Assembly (NCBI GenBank): GCA_963823665.1
Contig: CAWGMQ010000003.1
Coordinates: forward strand, 416,001-480,000
Length of the DNA stretch: 64,000 bases
DNA from: an uncultured Planctomycetota bacterium
GTDB lineage: Bacteria; Planctomycetota; Planctomycetia; Isosphaerales; Isosphaeraceae
Direction: 5' to 3'
Positions 42,385 to 52,594 of the stretch are shown one piece after another. Below the pieces are notes generated by a model that saw nothing but the letters and a program-made list of their open reading frames with translations, had not been told where the DNA came from and did not search any database. How positions within the stretch are numbered: position 1 is the first letter of the stretch; every line of letters starts with the position of its first letter. Made by a program: the position numbers and the translations under genes.

Positions 42385-45300
42385 TCAGTCCTCCTTTAGC
42401 CATTTTGAGCCAGTGCGTTTCATTTCCTGCCAAGCGTCGATGTGACGCTTCAATTCAGGATGCTTGCACCCATCAGCAATCAGCGCCGCTCTTGCCGCGG
42501 AATCGAATGGAATGGGTCTCGCGCCAAGACACTCGTTCCAGATTCTGGCAATCAATGACTCAGGCGAGCGTGCCACTTGTCTTGTTCTGATCTCCGCCAC
42601 GAACAGAACATTTGGGATGGGTTCGCCTCTCTCAGGTGGTGCACCATTCTCGTTGTCGAGCAGAGCAGCTTCGATGGTCTCAAGCGTAGTGTGAAGGGAA
42701 GTGGTCGACGCGAGAACGCCCGTCTTGGCTTCAACGCAATGCCTCCCGGAGTTCGTCTTGACTGTTCTCGTCCAAATCGCAGGTTGGCGTGCCCGTTCGT
42801 TGTCGACCAGACTCCGCCGGCGAGTTCCGAAAGCGAGCTCATGGCTGGTCGAGAAAAGCGCGTGGGACCCTAGTATTTCGTGCCCCAACGCCGCAACGCC
42901 GTCCCTGGCGAGCACTGCGAGGATCCGCGCCGACCTACGCACAAGGAGGTTGGGCGAACCGGGGCGTTCCAAAACGCCATGCCATGCCGAAACGGCATAA
43001 CCGGGTGCTCCCGTCCCCGCCGATAGCGAGCCGTTCACGCGCACGGCGTTCCAAGGGCCGAAGTGACCCGTATATCAGGGATGATTCTGCCTTCAGCAGC
43101 GAATATAGCCATGGGTCCGCCGGAACCATCTCCGCAGATGAAATGCACCAGCGTAAAAGGCCCTCCGCGAAGGGGGCGCGTATGCGACGAATGCGACGTC
43201 TCCTTCTAATCTCATCGTAGACCGTGAACTGTTCCAATCGGAGCGGAAATCCACCACGCGAGGAATGCGCCTCCGAGCGCGAACTCGGCCCACAAACAAG
43301 CGCGTGCGCAATGAAGGACAGCGTGACATCCCGAGCCAAAGCATCAATGAATGGAAGTGTATTCTGAGAGAGCCTGTATCGCTGGATCGTTAAGGGTAGA
43401 TTGGCAGCGCTATCGAGCACTGCAACGGAGGGACGCTTAAGCTGGGTGAAAGTGGGCCAGTAAAACTCGGCGTCCAAGAACCCGTAGTTTCTAAGTTGAG
43501 ACACTCTCAAACCATTGCACGACAGTGGCGGCGAATCTCCATACGTCCAGTACACCGCGTCGAATCCCTCGGGATGTATGACGGACCACTCAGATGGAAT
43601 CTCTCTCTTACGAAGGGGTGAAACGTATGTTTGGCCTAACAACTTACCGATTGGCCCGCGCTCGACACGTTTCACCATCTCGGGCCAATCCCAGCAAAAC
43701 CAATCGATATTGTCATCGGGACCCCCGATGGGCGAGGACAGCTCTGCATCGAGTTCGAGAGCCGCCGCCGACTCGCTGCTCATTTCAACTTCTACGGTCG
43801 TCCCGATGGGCAAGCCGTCGACGCGCCGTATTTCAATGAGTTGGCTGTTCGCTGACGCCTCAATCGTGTAGCCCATGGCCTTGTCCGCACCGGAATGCCG
43901 CGTCCACAACCGAAAGGACGGCCCAAGCAGAAAGACCGCGAAGACCCCAATCCCAAATTGTCCGGCGCGGATCACGCGCGGCTTACCCTGTTCATCGAGG
44001 AACTCTTTCGCCCACTCTGGACTCCGGCGAAACGACGCCCCGGCCCGAAAAAAATAGTTCTGAATCGTGTCACCCGTCATGCCGATTCCTCTGTCCCGCA
44101 CGCGGAGGAACCAAGTACCGTTTTCCCGTTTGATGAATTCAACGAGGACATCGCCGTCCTGTTCCGGCAGGTCGAGTGACTTCGTGGACACTCCGCGTGA
44201 TTCACACCACACCTCCAGTTCGCACACCGCGTCCGCGGCATTCTGCATCAGTTCACGAACTCCGACACTTGGGTGCTTTCCATACAACGGCTCGACCAGG
44301 AGCGTGAGCAAGTTCGGGTCCGCGGCGAACCCAGTGCGATCCGGCACGTAGGGGAGGCTGTCACGAAACGCCGGGCTTTGCAGGTTCGAGTAAACCCGCC
44401 GGGTCGCCAGGTTGAGTTGATTCAGTCCGAGTTCCGTCCGGGTGCCGTACGATTCATCAAGCACGGCGGTGGAATGATCCATTTCCGCTTGTAGTCCTAC
44501 GAGGAGATCGCGAAGCTGGAGGTAAAGCGGCAGGCTCAGATCGGTGCTGACCGTGACCATCTTGCCGCGCGGATCCGTGGCGGGGCCGATGTTCTGCACG
44601 GCGCGGTGCTTCGCCCATTCCTGCACCGAAATCGGACTCTGGGGATTTCGGAGCTGGAGCAGCACTGCCGGCGCCCGCTGCCTGTCTATCTGGAGGTAAT
44701 CAGCGACCCGCAACAGCGCCATGGGATAAAACACGGCCGTGCCCATCGGTCTCGGCGTTCCGGGGTACTGCGAACTAGATTCCAGATAGGATTTGCACAC
44801 ACGAAGCGACGTTCCGTGCGATCTCGCGGTAAGTCCGATCAAGTCCGCCAGCCGCATGAGCGGATGCCCCTGCTCCTTGCCCATGCCTGGAAACTGATTT
44901 TCGCCAGACCCAACCGGCAACCCTGGAAAGCCGTAGATAGCCACCTCGTGTGCCAGTCGCGCATGATGGCGGCGGATAAACTCACCAATGATCAGGCAGT
45001 GGTTCCTTTCCCACTGACCGGCATCATCTGGCAACTTATGAAACTTCCAGAAGCGCGCCGCCTCCTCGCCGATGATGTTCGTCAGGTCACGATCGCTGAA
45101 TCGCCGCGCTTCGCGAATGTAGTCTTCCCACAACTCGTGCCATCCACGATCGGCTGCATGGCCCTCGTGTCTCTCCTGGAACCAAGCCAGCGGTTGAAAC
45201 CGCGAACCCTTGCTGACCAGCTCGCGAAAGCCGTCTGGGCGCAATTGCATCGCGATGTCATGCAGAATCGTGGCACCGATGATCACCGCGGCATCCGCAT

Positions 45301-45547
45301 CACAAAGCAAGCGCGGGTCAGAGTCCTCCTTGCTTTGCTCCCACACCTGCTTCGGAATGAGCGCCACCTGCGACTTCAGCACCGAGTTGATGTGGTCGGT
45401 GCCGTGGTCGGTGTAATCGGGAAAGAACGGGAGCTTGTTGTCCGCGAGGATTTCCCCCGCCCGGTCCGCCAAGGAGCGGATTGGCGCTTGGAGTTCGCTT
45501 TCTTCGAGCAATTGCTTCAGCGGTTTTGGGAATTCAATTTTCGCCAT
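42385..45547 (-). CDS. HD-CE phosphohydrolase-like domain fused to an Hsp90-like GHKL ATPase (probable frameshift near 43040)
   Basis: FPDYTDHG..H, ILHDIAM, IRRHH, LLRVADYLQI, EWAKH; LYG..RELMQNAADA, DRGIGM, GQFGIG. Confidence 0.8.
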
Positions 45548-45611
45548 TGTCGCTCCAACCTGTATCGCTACAGCCGTCGCTAAGTCTCGCGATCATCAAG
45601 CGTGTGGGCCA

Positions 45612-45965
45612 TCAGCTCCTCTCGAGAGAAACCGTCTGGGCCGGAAAATCGATCTCCAATCGATAATCCCCCAACATTTCGGTGCCAATCAGGATCTCGT
45701 CGCCGGTGACAAACGTCGCTTGCACTCGAACTATGCGGCCATCGAACGGGAAATCGACAAGGTAGAGGTCTTCCTCGATACGTTGATCTGCTGCTAGCAG
45801 GGACGTCAGACGCCCGACGAACTGTGCATTCACATTCGATCGTAGTCGCTCGGGCAATTCGAGCTCGCCATTGAAGCCCGTATCGATCACCGCCTGCCAG
45901 CGGTCTCCGCCGACTTCGACCTCGATCGCCGGGACGCCATCGTCCGTAATAACGCCGTGGATCAG
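45612..45965 (-). CDS. clan AA aspartic protease (retropepsin-like)
   Basis: AVIDTGFNGEL and ILIG. Frame extends to CTG at 45965, overlapping the upstream stop (CTGA). Confidence 0.85.
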   Translation of the reverse strand: MIHGVITDDGVPAIEVEVGGDRWQAVIDTGFNGELELPERLRSNVNAQFVGRLTSLLAADQRIEEDLYLVDFPFDGRIVRVQATFVTGDEILIGTEMLGDYRLEIDFPAQTVSLERS

Positions 45966-46213
45966 CGGTGGCCTCCCTTCCGGTAGTAGGTGGGAGACCC
46001 GACTCGGATGAAAAACAAGGGCGATTCGCTGCCGTCCGCGTCCCGTTGAGCGATGACATCCTGGACCGACTCGCCGAACCGTATACAGCCGGTCGCCGGG
46101 TCAATCCCGGCGGTCTGCCCCACCTTTTGCGACAGATCGTGCTGTTGCTGATATTCCGACCAAATCTCCTGTGCTCGGTTCGAGTCGGCTTCGGTCCAAT
46201 GCGAGACGCTCAT
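45962..46213 (-). CDS. small protein coupled to the aspartic protease gene
   Basis: AGGAG SD; ends FFIRVG..YYRKGGHR; 4-bp overlap with the protease gene. Confidence 0.75.
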   Translation of the reverse strand: MSVSHWTEADSNRAQEIWSEYQQQHDLSQKVGQTAGIDPATGCIRFGESVQDVIAQRDADGSESPLFFIRVGSPTYYRKGGHR

Positions 46214-46696
46214 CTTGGTTCTCCTGCATAATTGCCAACGGCTATTCCGGCGACCGTCGACGGATCCATGTTAAACTCCACGCTCGCAAGAGAAAAGGCG
46301 GGAGCATGAGGGACGGTGCACCTCACCATTGCCGCCTCCTACTCGTAAGCGAGCGAGGCGTCTATCGGACCGAACAGAACATCCGCGGTTGGTTTCGACT
46401 ATGGCTCGACGATCGCGCCTCACGTAGCATCTTCTTCGATGCCTCCAAAGCCTCTCGAAAGCGTGGGATCAATCCATTCACCCGCCAGCCGATGGAATAC
46501 GTCGCCGAAGGGCCGCCACTCGGTGAGCTCATTCACTCGTGGCCTGAGGACGAGTAACGCAGCCCTCCTGGAGACGCCCGCCCCAGCGCTCGCTTTGTTC
46601 GCCAATCCCCTTCCCCCCCTACTCCGCCGCCCCTCAGAATGAGACAATGACACCGTTCCGCGGTCATGACACCCTTCCGCCGTCGCCAGGTATTGA

Positions 46697-49600
46697 ATGA
46701 TGGATGAGACGAAGAACGTCTCCAAAACCGAAGGCTCGGACTCGCTCGTTGAGGCGACGAATCCCGCCCAGGATGCGACGATCAGCTTGACTCATACCGA
46801 GGGATGGCAACTCCCCACTACCGATTTCAGCGGCCCCGCGGAAAGCGATCCCTCCCGGATCGGCCGCTATCGGATCATCGAGCGGCTCGGTCAGGGCGGC
46901 TTTGGACGGGTGTATCTCGCTCACGACGATGACCTCGACCGTCTCGTCGCGATCAAGGTCCCAAACCCGGCGCGAATCGCCCATCCCGAGCATGTGGATG
47001 CGTTCTTCACTGAAGCCCGTATCCTCGCCAAGCTGGATCATCCCAATATCGTTCCGGTGTTCGACGTCGGTCGCACCGAAGACGGACTTTGCTTCGTCGT
47101 CTCGAAGCTATTCGAAGGCAGCGATCTCGCGGTCAGGATTCGACAAGCTCGACCGTCGATACGGGATTCCGCCGAGCTGGTCGCCACGATTGCCGACGCA
47201 CTGCACTACGCCCACAGCCGGGGGCTGGTCCACCGCGACATCAAGCCGAGCAACATCTTGATCGACGCCGCGGGTAAACCGTGTGTCGCCGACTTCGGTC
47301 TCGCGCTCCGAGACGAAGATTTCGGCAAAGGCCGCGGCGGCGGGGCAGGAACGCCGGCGTACATGAGTCCCGAGCAAGCCAGGGGCGAAGGTCACCGGGT
47401 CGACAGGCGATCCGACGTATTCAGCCTGGGCGTCGTCCTCTACGAGCTCTTGACCGGTCGCAAGCCGTTCCTGGCTGATTCGGTCGTGGAAGTGATGGAG
47501 CAGATCACAACCACGGATCCTCGTCCGCCGCGCCAGACCGACCAGACGATCCCCATGGAACTGGAACGGATCTGCCAGAAGGCGCTCTCGAAGCGAGCGT
47601 CGGAGCGGTACAGCACCGCCCAGGAGATGGCGGAAGAACTTCGCTTGTTTCTAGAGACCACAACCGGCGGGACAGGCTCGCCTGCTGTCTCGGCGGGTGA
47701 CATGGGCCCGCCTTCGGGGTCGACCCTGGAAGCCGTCGCACTCCCCATCACCTCCAGACCATCCGGCTCGCCCACGCGACCGATCAAGATCGTCCCGAAG
47801 GGGCTGCGATCTTTCGATGTGCACGATGCCGACTTCTTCCTGGAACTGCTTCCCGGGCCTCGCGACAGGGACGGTCTGCCTGAGGTCATCCGATTCTGGA
47901 AGGGAAAAATTGAGGAAACCGATCCTGACCGGACCTTCAAAGTGGGGCTGGTCTACGGCCCATCGGGCTGCGGTAAGTCGTCGCTGGTGAAGGCGGGCAT
48001 TTTGCCCCGGTTGCAAAAGTGCGTTCTTCATGTCTACGTCGAAGCGACCCCGGACGAGACAGAAGCTCGATTGCTCAGGGGCTTGCGCAAAGCGTGTCCG
48101 GAACTCTCCCGGGATCTGGGGCTGATCGAGTCACTCGCGACCGTGCGCAGGGGCCGCGTCTTGCCTCCCAAGCAGAAGGTCCTGCTGGTCCTGGACCAGT
48201 TCGAACAATGGCTCTTCGCCAGGCGCGGCGAGGAGAACACCGAGCTGGTCGCTGCGCTCAGGCACTGCGACGGCGAGCACGTCCAGGCGATCGTTCTGGT
48301 GCGGGATGACTTCTGGCTGGCGGCCAGCCGATTCATGCGTGAGCTGGAGATCCCGGTGCTTGAAGCGGATAACAGCGCCCTGGTTGATCTCTTCGATCCC
48401 CGCCATGCCAAGAAGGTGCTGACCGCCTTCGGGCGAGCTCACGGCGCCTTGCCCGAAGACACTTTCGATCTGACCAGCGATCAAGAATCATTCCTGGATC
48501 GGTCAATTTCCGAGCTCGCCCAGAACGGGAAGATCATCTCCGTCCGGCTGGCCCTTTACGCCGAGATGGTCAAAGGCAAACCCTGGACCCCCGCCACGCT
48601 CAAGGAAGTGGGCGGTACCGAAGGAATCGGTCTGGCGTTCCTCGAAGAAACCTTCAGCGCCTCAACTGCCCCTCCCGAGCATCAATTGCACCAGGCGGCC
48701 GCGCAAGCGGTCTTGAAAGCGCTGCTGCCCCAGACCGGCACCGACATCAAGGGGCAGATGAGGTCCCGCCAGGAGCTGCTCGAAGCATCGGGCTACGCGA
48801 GCCGCCCGCAGGACTTCGACAACTTGATCCACATCCTCGATCCCGAGCTTCGTCTGATCACGCCCACCGACCGCGAAGGAGAGGACGGAGGACGGAGGGC
48901 GGAGGGCGGAGGACCGAAGAATCGAGACCTGGCGCCGCAGACCGAGCTTGGCGACCCATCCCTGCTCCTTCCTCCGCCCTCCGCCCTCCGCCCTCCGCCC
49001 TCTACCCGCAGGTACTACCAGCTCACCCACGACTACCTCGTTCATTCCCTGCGCGACTGGCTCACGCGCAAGCAGAAGGAGTCGTGGCAGGGCCGGGCCG
49101 AGCTGCTCCTGGTTGACCGCGCCGCCGTGTGGAACGCCCGCCCTGAGAACCGGCAATTGCCGTCGCTCGTGCAATGGATCCAGATCCAGTGCTTGACACC
49201 GAAGAAAAGCTGGACGCCGCCCCAGAGCAAGATGATGCGCAAGGCGACCTGGTATCACGTCGCGCGGGGGATGGTGCTCGGCTTGCTCCTGGCCGTCGCG
49301 ACGGTTACCGCCTTGGCAACCCGAGAACACGTCGCAGAGCAGCATGCCGCGACACACGCCGCTGGGCTGGTGCGAACGCTCCTGGATGCCGAGACAGCGC
49401 AAGTTCCCGGTATCGTCGGGGAGATGACCGGATATCGCAAGTGGACTGACCCGCTGCTCCAGCAGGAGCTTCGCAAGGCCCGGATCAACTTGCGGCAGAG
49501 ACTGCACGCCAGCCTCGCCCTCTTACCCGTGGATAGGGCGCAGGTCGATTACCTTTTTGGCCGGCTCCTCGATGCAGGCCCGCACGAGGTGCCCGTGATC

Positions 49601-51778
49601 CGAGACGCTCTCGCGCAATACAAGACCTCCTTGCTCGAGAAGCTGTGGGCCGTCGTCGAGAGACCGGAGCGGGGCAAGGAGTCGCAGCGGCTGCGCGCGG
49701 CAGCGGCGCTGGCGAAGTACAACCCGGATAGTCCGCGGTGGGCCAGCTCGGGCGCGCTCGTCGTCAATGACCTCGTTCTGGAAAACCCGATCTTCCTGGG
49801 CCATTGGAGTGAGGCGTTTCGTCCGGTACGCAACCAGCTTCTCGGCCAGTTGTCTGAGATCTTCCGAGATCATCAACCCGAGCGCACCGCCGAACGCAGT
49901 CTGGCAACCAACTTGCTGGCCGACTATGTTTCCGACCAGTCACAGCTTCTCGCCGATCTGCTCATGGATGCCGATGAAAAGCAGTTCCCCGTCATCTATC
50001 CCCGGTTTGAGGAACAAGGTGAGCGAGGCCTGCCGTTCCTTGCCAGCGAGCTCGGCAAGGCGCTTCCCGACGTGACGACCAGTTGGACGGTCCGGTTTCA
50101 TAAATGGGGGAACGGAGGGCAGAACAATCTCCCTGCCGACTGGGAGGCAGTCCTCAAATCGCCGGTTCTCGACGAGCTGCGGACATCCCGTTTGAATATT
50201 TACGGGCCTGCAGAGCCGTCACCGCCCCCGACGGCAAAGGTTCCCAGTGAATACTTCGCCGTGGTCGCGACAACCGAGGTGGCGCTCGGAGATGTCGAAT
50301 ACGTCCTCTCGACCACCTTTGATGACGGCGTGCGCGTGTGGCTCGACAACGAGGTCGTCATCGACTACTGGGGGCCGAATTCCCCGACGACCAAGAGCGT
50401 GACGCTTGAAGGCAAACCTGGATCGCACACCATCAAGGTCGAGTTTATCCAGATCGAAGGGCGATACGCTCTGGATGTCGGGTTGAGTATTCACGAGGAG
50501 GCCAAGGAAAAGCTAGCCAAGCGGCAGGCCAACGCGGCGGTGGCATTCTATCGAATGCAACACGCGGAGAAGGTCTGGCCGCTCCTGAAGCACAGCCCTG
50601 ATCCAAGAGTCCGGAGCTACCTGATCCATCGCCTCGGTCCCTTCGGCGCCCAGGCAGACGAGATCCTCGCGCAACTGGAAATCGAGCCGGACGTCACCAT
50701 TGTCCGGGCGCTGATCCAGAGCTTGGGGGAGTACGGCGAGAGGGAGCTGTCGCTCGAGAGTCGCGACGCGCTCGTGCCCGAGCTCCAGTCGATGTATTGT
50801 AGGGTGACTGATCCCGGCATTCACGCCGCTTGCGAATGGGTCTTGCGCACATGGAAACGCGAGGCGTGGCTCATTCAGGTGAACGACGAATGGGCCAAGG
50901 GGAAGGTGGCCAGTGGTGCGTGCGGGACGGCCGAGAAATACCAAACGGAGCCGCCGAAGATGATGCAGCGTTCCTCACCGGGCTGGTACGTGAGCGGTCA
51001 GGGGCACACGATGGTCGTGATTCCCGGCGGACCGGAGTTCGTCATGGGGTCTCCGCCCACGGAAGCGGGCAGGCAGGGCCACGAGAGCCAGCACAAGGAA
51101 CGGATCCCCCGGACCTTCGCCCTGGCCGCCAAACCGGTGACGGTCGAGCAATTCCGGCAGTTCGAAAGGGGCTACGTCCCTCCGCCCGTTTCCACCGGCA
51201 CGGCGCATTTCCCGGTCGTGGGCATGAGCTGGTACATGGCGGCGAAATATTGCAACTGGCTGAGCAAGGAAGAGGGGATTCCCGAGGTAGAGTGGTGCTA
51301 CGCAATCGAAGGCGACAGGGTCGAGTTGAGGCCACACTACTTGAGCCTGACGGGTTATCGGCTGCCGACGGAATCCGAGGTGGAGTATGCCACCCGCGCG
51401 GGGGCGGTAACGAGCGGGTACTACGGCGAGACCGACGAGCTGCTCGCAAAGTACGCCTGGTACAACAAGAGCTCAAAAGGAAAGTCGCAGCCCGTGGGAG
51501 CTCTCAAGCCGAATGACCTCGGCCTCTTCGACGTTCAGGGCAATGTGTTTATATGGTGTCAGGAGAGTTTCAAGCCGTATCCGTCGCTGAAAGGCGATCA
51601 GCCGGCTGTGGACCAGGAGGACGGGCCATCAGTCAGCAATACCGCAGGCCGCGCGCTGCGCGGCGGCTCGTTCGACGCTCAAGCGTCGTACGTGAGATCT
51701 GCCAGCCGCATCAACAACGTGCCGACCTTCGGGGCGTTTGATTTCGGTTTCCGTCCGGCAAGGACGATCGCACCTTGA
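46697..51778 (+). CDS. Ser/Thr kinase - nSTAND1 NTPase - TM - helical region with inserted PA14 - FGE-sulfatase (C-lectin fold) protein
   Basis: LGQGGFG, VAIK, HRDIKPSN, DFG, GTPAYMSPEQ; Walker A GPSGCGKSS and B LVLDQFE; TM GMVLGLLLAVATVTALA; DDGVRVWLD (PA14); YRLPTESE, GNVFIWC, RGGSF, GFRPART. Confidence 0.93.
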   Translation: MMDETKNVSKTEGSDSLVEATNPAQDATISLTHTEGWQLPTTDFSGPAESDPSRIGRYRIIERLGQGGFGRVYLAHDDDLDRLVAIKVPNPARIAHPEHVDAFFTEARILAKLDHPNIVPVFDVGRTEDGLCFVVSKLFEGSDLAVRIRQARPSIRDSAELVATIADALHYAHSRGLVHRDIKPSNILIDAAGKPCVADFGLALRDEDFGKGRGGGAGTPAYMSPEQARGEGHRVDRRSDVFSLGVVLYELLTGRKPFLADSVVEVMEQITTTDPRPPRQTDQTIPMELERICQKALSKRASERYSTAQEMAEELRLFLETTTGGTGSPAVSAGDMGPPSGSTLEAVALPITSRPSGSPTRPIKIVPKGLRSFDVHDADFFLELLPGPRDRDGLPEVIRFWKGKIEETDPDRTFKVGLVYGPSGCGKSSLVKAGILPRLQKCVLHVYVEATPDETEARLLRGLRKACPELSRDLGLIESLATVRRGRVLPPKQKVLLVLDQFEQWLFARRGEENTELVAALRHCDGEHVQAIVLVRDDFWLAASRFMRELEIPVLEADNSALVDLFDPRHAKKVLTAFGRAHGALPEDTFDLTSDQESFLDRSISELAQNGKIISVRLALYAEMVKGKPWTPATLKEVGGTEGIGLAFLEETFSASTAPPEHQLHQAAAQAVLKALLPQTGTDIKGQMRSRQELLEASGYASRPQDFDNLIHILDPELRLITPTDREGEDGGRRAEGGGPKNRDLAPQTELGDPSLLLPPPSALRPPPSTRRYYQLTHDYLVHSLRDWLTRKQKESWQGRAELLLVDRAAVWNARPENRQLPSLVQWIQIQCLTPKKSWTPPQSKMMRKATWYHVARGMVLGLLLAVATVTALATREHVAEQHAATHAAGLVRTLLDAETAQVPGIVGEMTGYRKWTDPLLQQELRKARINLRQRLHASLALLPVDRAQVDYLFGRLLDAGPHEVPVIRDALAQYKTSLLEKLWAVVERPERGKESQRLRAAAALAKYNPDSPRWASSGALVVNDLVLENPIFLGHWSEAFRPVRNQLLGQLSEIFRDHQPERTAERSLATNLLADYVSDQSQLLADLLMDADEKQFPVIYPRFEEQGERGLPFLASELGKALPDVTTSWTVRFHKWGNGGQNNLPADWEAVLKSPVLDELRTSRLNIYGPAEPSPPPTAKVPSEYFAVVATTEVALGDVEYVLSTTFDDGVRVWLDNEVVIDYWGPNSPTTKSVTLEGKPGSHTIKVEFIQIEGRYALDVGLSIHEEAKEKLAKRQANAAVAFYRMQHAEKVWPLLKHSPDPRVRSYLIHRLGPFGAQADEILAQLEIEPDVTIVRALIQSLGEYGERELSLESRDALVPELQSMYCRVTDPGIHAACEWVLRTWKREAWLIQVNDEWAKGKVASGACGTAEKYQTEPPKMMQRSSPGWYVSGQGHTMVVIPGGPEFVMGSPPTEAGRQGHESQHKERIPRTFALAAKPVTVEQFRQFERGYVPPPVSTGTAHFPVVGMSWYMAAKYCNWLSKEEGIPEVEWCYAIEGDRVELRPHYLSLTGYRLPTESEVEYATRAGAVTSGYYGETDELLAKYAWYNKSSKGKSQPVGALKPNDLGLFDVQGNVFIWCQESFKPYPSLKGDQPAVDQEDGPSVSNTAGRALRGGSFDAQASYVRSASRINNVPTFGAFDFGFRPARTIAP

Positions 51779-51945
51779 CCTCGCCGGCGTCGCCGCTTCG
51801 ACGATCGTGCTGGTGCCTGTCCACCTGGTACCCCCGTTCAGCATATCGGGATCGGGCACGGACCCCTGCGACGTCCGCCAATAAACCCGCCCGGCAAGCG
51901 AATGCACATCCGGAATCATCGCCGAGTTCACACGAGGATGTTGCC

Positions 51946-52359
51946 ATGAGCGCAGGAGCCGTCGGGGGAGCAGCGGGTGCGGCTGCCGCCGCCGCCGCGG
52001 AAATGCAGAGGCAAGAGGAAGAGGAAATGACTCCTTATAGCCCAAAAGATCTCGATGACGGCTGGGAATTCAAGATTCTCCGGGCCAGCTTCGCCACGTT
52101 TCGCAATCCGGACAAGCTCCGGGCCGTTCTCGAAGAGGAGAAACGCGGCGGCTGGACACTCGTCGAGAAGTTTGACGACCAGCGCATTCGCCTGAAACGC
52201 CCGGCCGGAGCAAAGAAGGCCCAAGGCGACTTCGCTGATAGCTACGACCCCTATCGGACGACGGTCGGAATGTCTCAGAATTTCGCGGCCCTGGCAGTTG
52301 TCGCCTTCCTCCTCCTGGTCGGGTTGATGCTCTTCATCACCGCTGTGGCAATGAAGTGA
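51946..52359 (+). CDS. hypothetical protein with a C-terminal TM helix
   Basis: GAGG SD; EEEEMTPY..WEFKILR..GWTLVEKFDD.RIRLKR. Confidence 0.75.
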   Translation: MSAGAVGGAAGAAAAAAAEMQRQEEEEMTPYSPKDLDDGWEFKILRASFATFRNPDKLRAVLEEEKRGGWTLVEKFDDQRIRLKRPAGAKKAQGDFADSYDPYRTTVGMSQNFAALAVVAFLLLVGLMLFITAVAMK

Positions 52360-52373
52360 CCCGCCAAGTTCGC

Positions 52374-52443
52374 TCGTCGCCTTTCGCTCCGCGAAAGTGC
52401 GTTCGCCCTCGATCGTCGCCTTTCGCTCCGCGAAAGTGCGTTC
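52374..52443. repeat. two direct copies of a 31-bp REP-like palindrome
   Basis: TCGTCGCCTTTCGCTCCGCGAAAGTGCGTTC at 52374 and 52413; internal stem CTTTCGC/GCGAAAG. Confidence 0.85.
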
Positions 52444-52546
52444 CTCTCACGCCACAACGCTGATCACTCACCGCAGAATTGCCTGAGTTGCCGAGAGCGG
52501 ATCGATCCCCGCCCGCCCCAATCCGCTCTCGTCCAGCAACGGAATC

Positions 52547-52555
52547 TGCTAGAAT
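52547..52555 (+). promoter_or_regulatory. putative extended -10 element
   Basis: TGCTAGAAT 40 bp upstream of the MBL gene. Confidence 0.35.
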
Positions 52556-52594
52556 AAGCCCCGGCGGGAGGCCGGAACGATCGCGGATAGCGGG

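Noticed and set aside
46306..46557. Short ORF containing GINPFTRQPM
   Set aside because: May be a gene remnant, but too short and unsupported to call.
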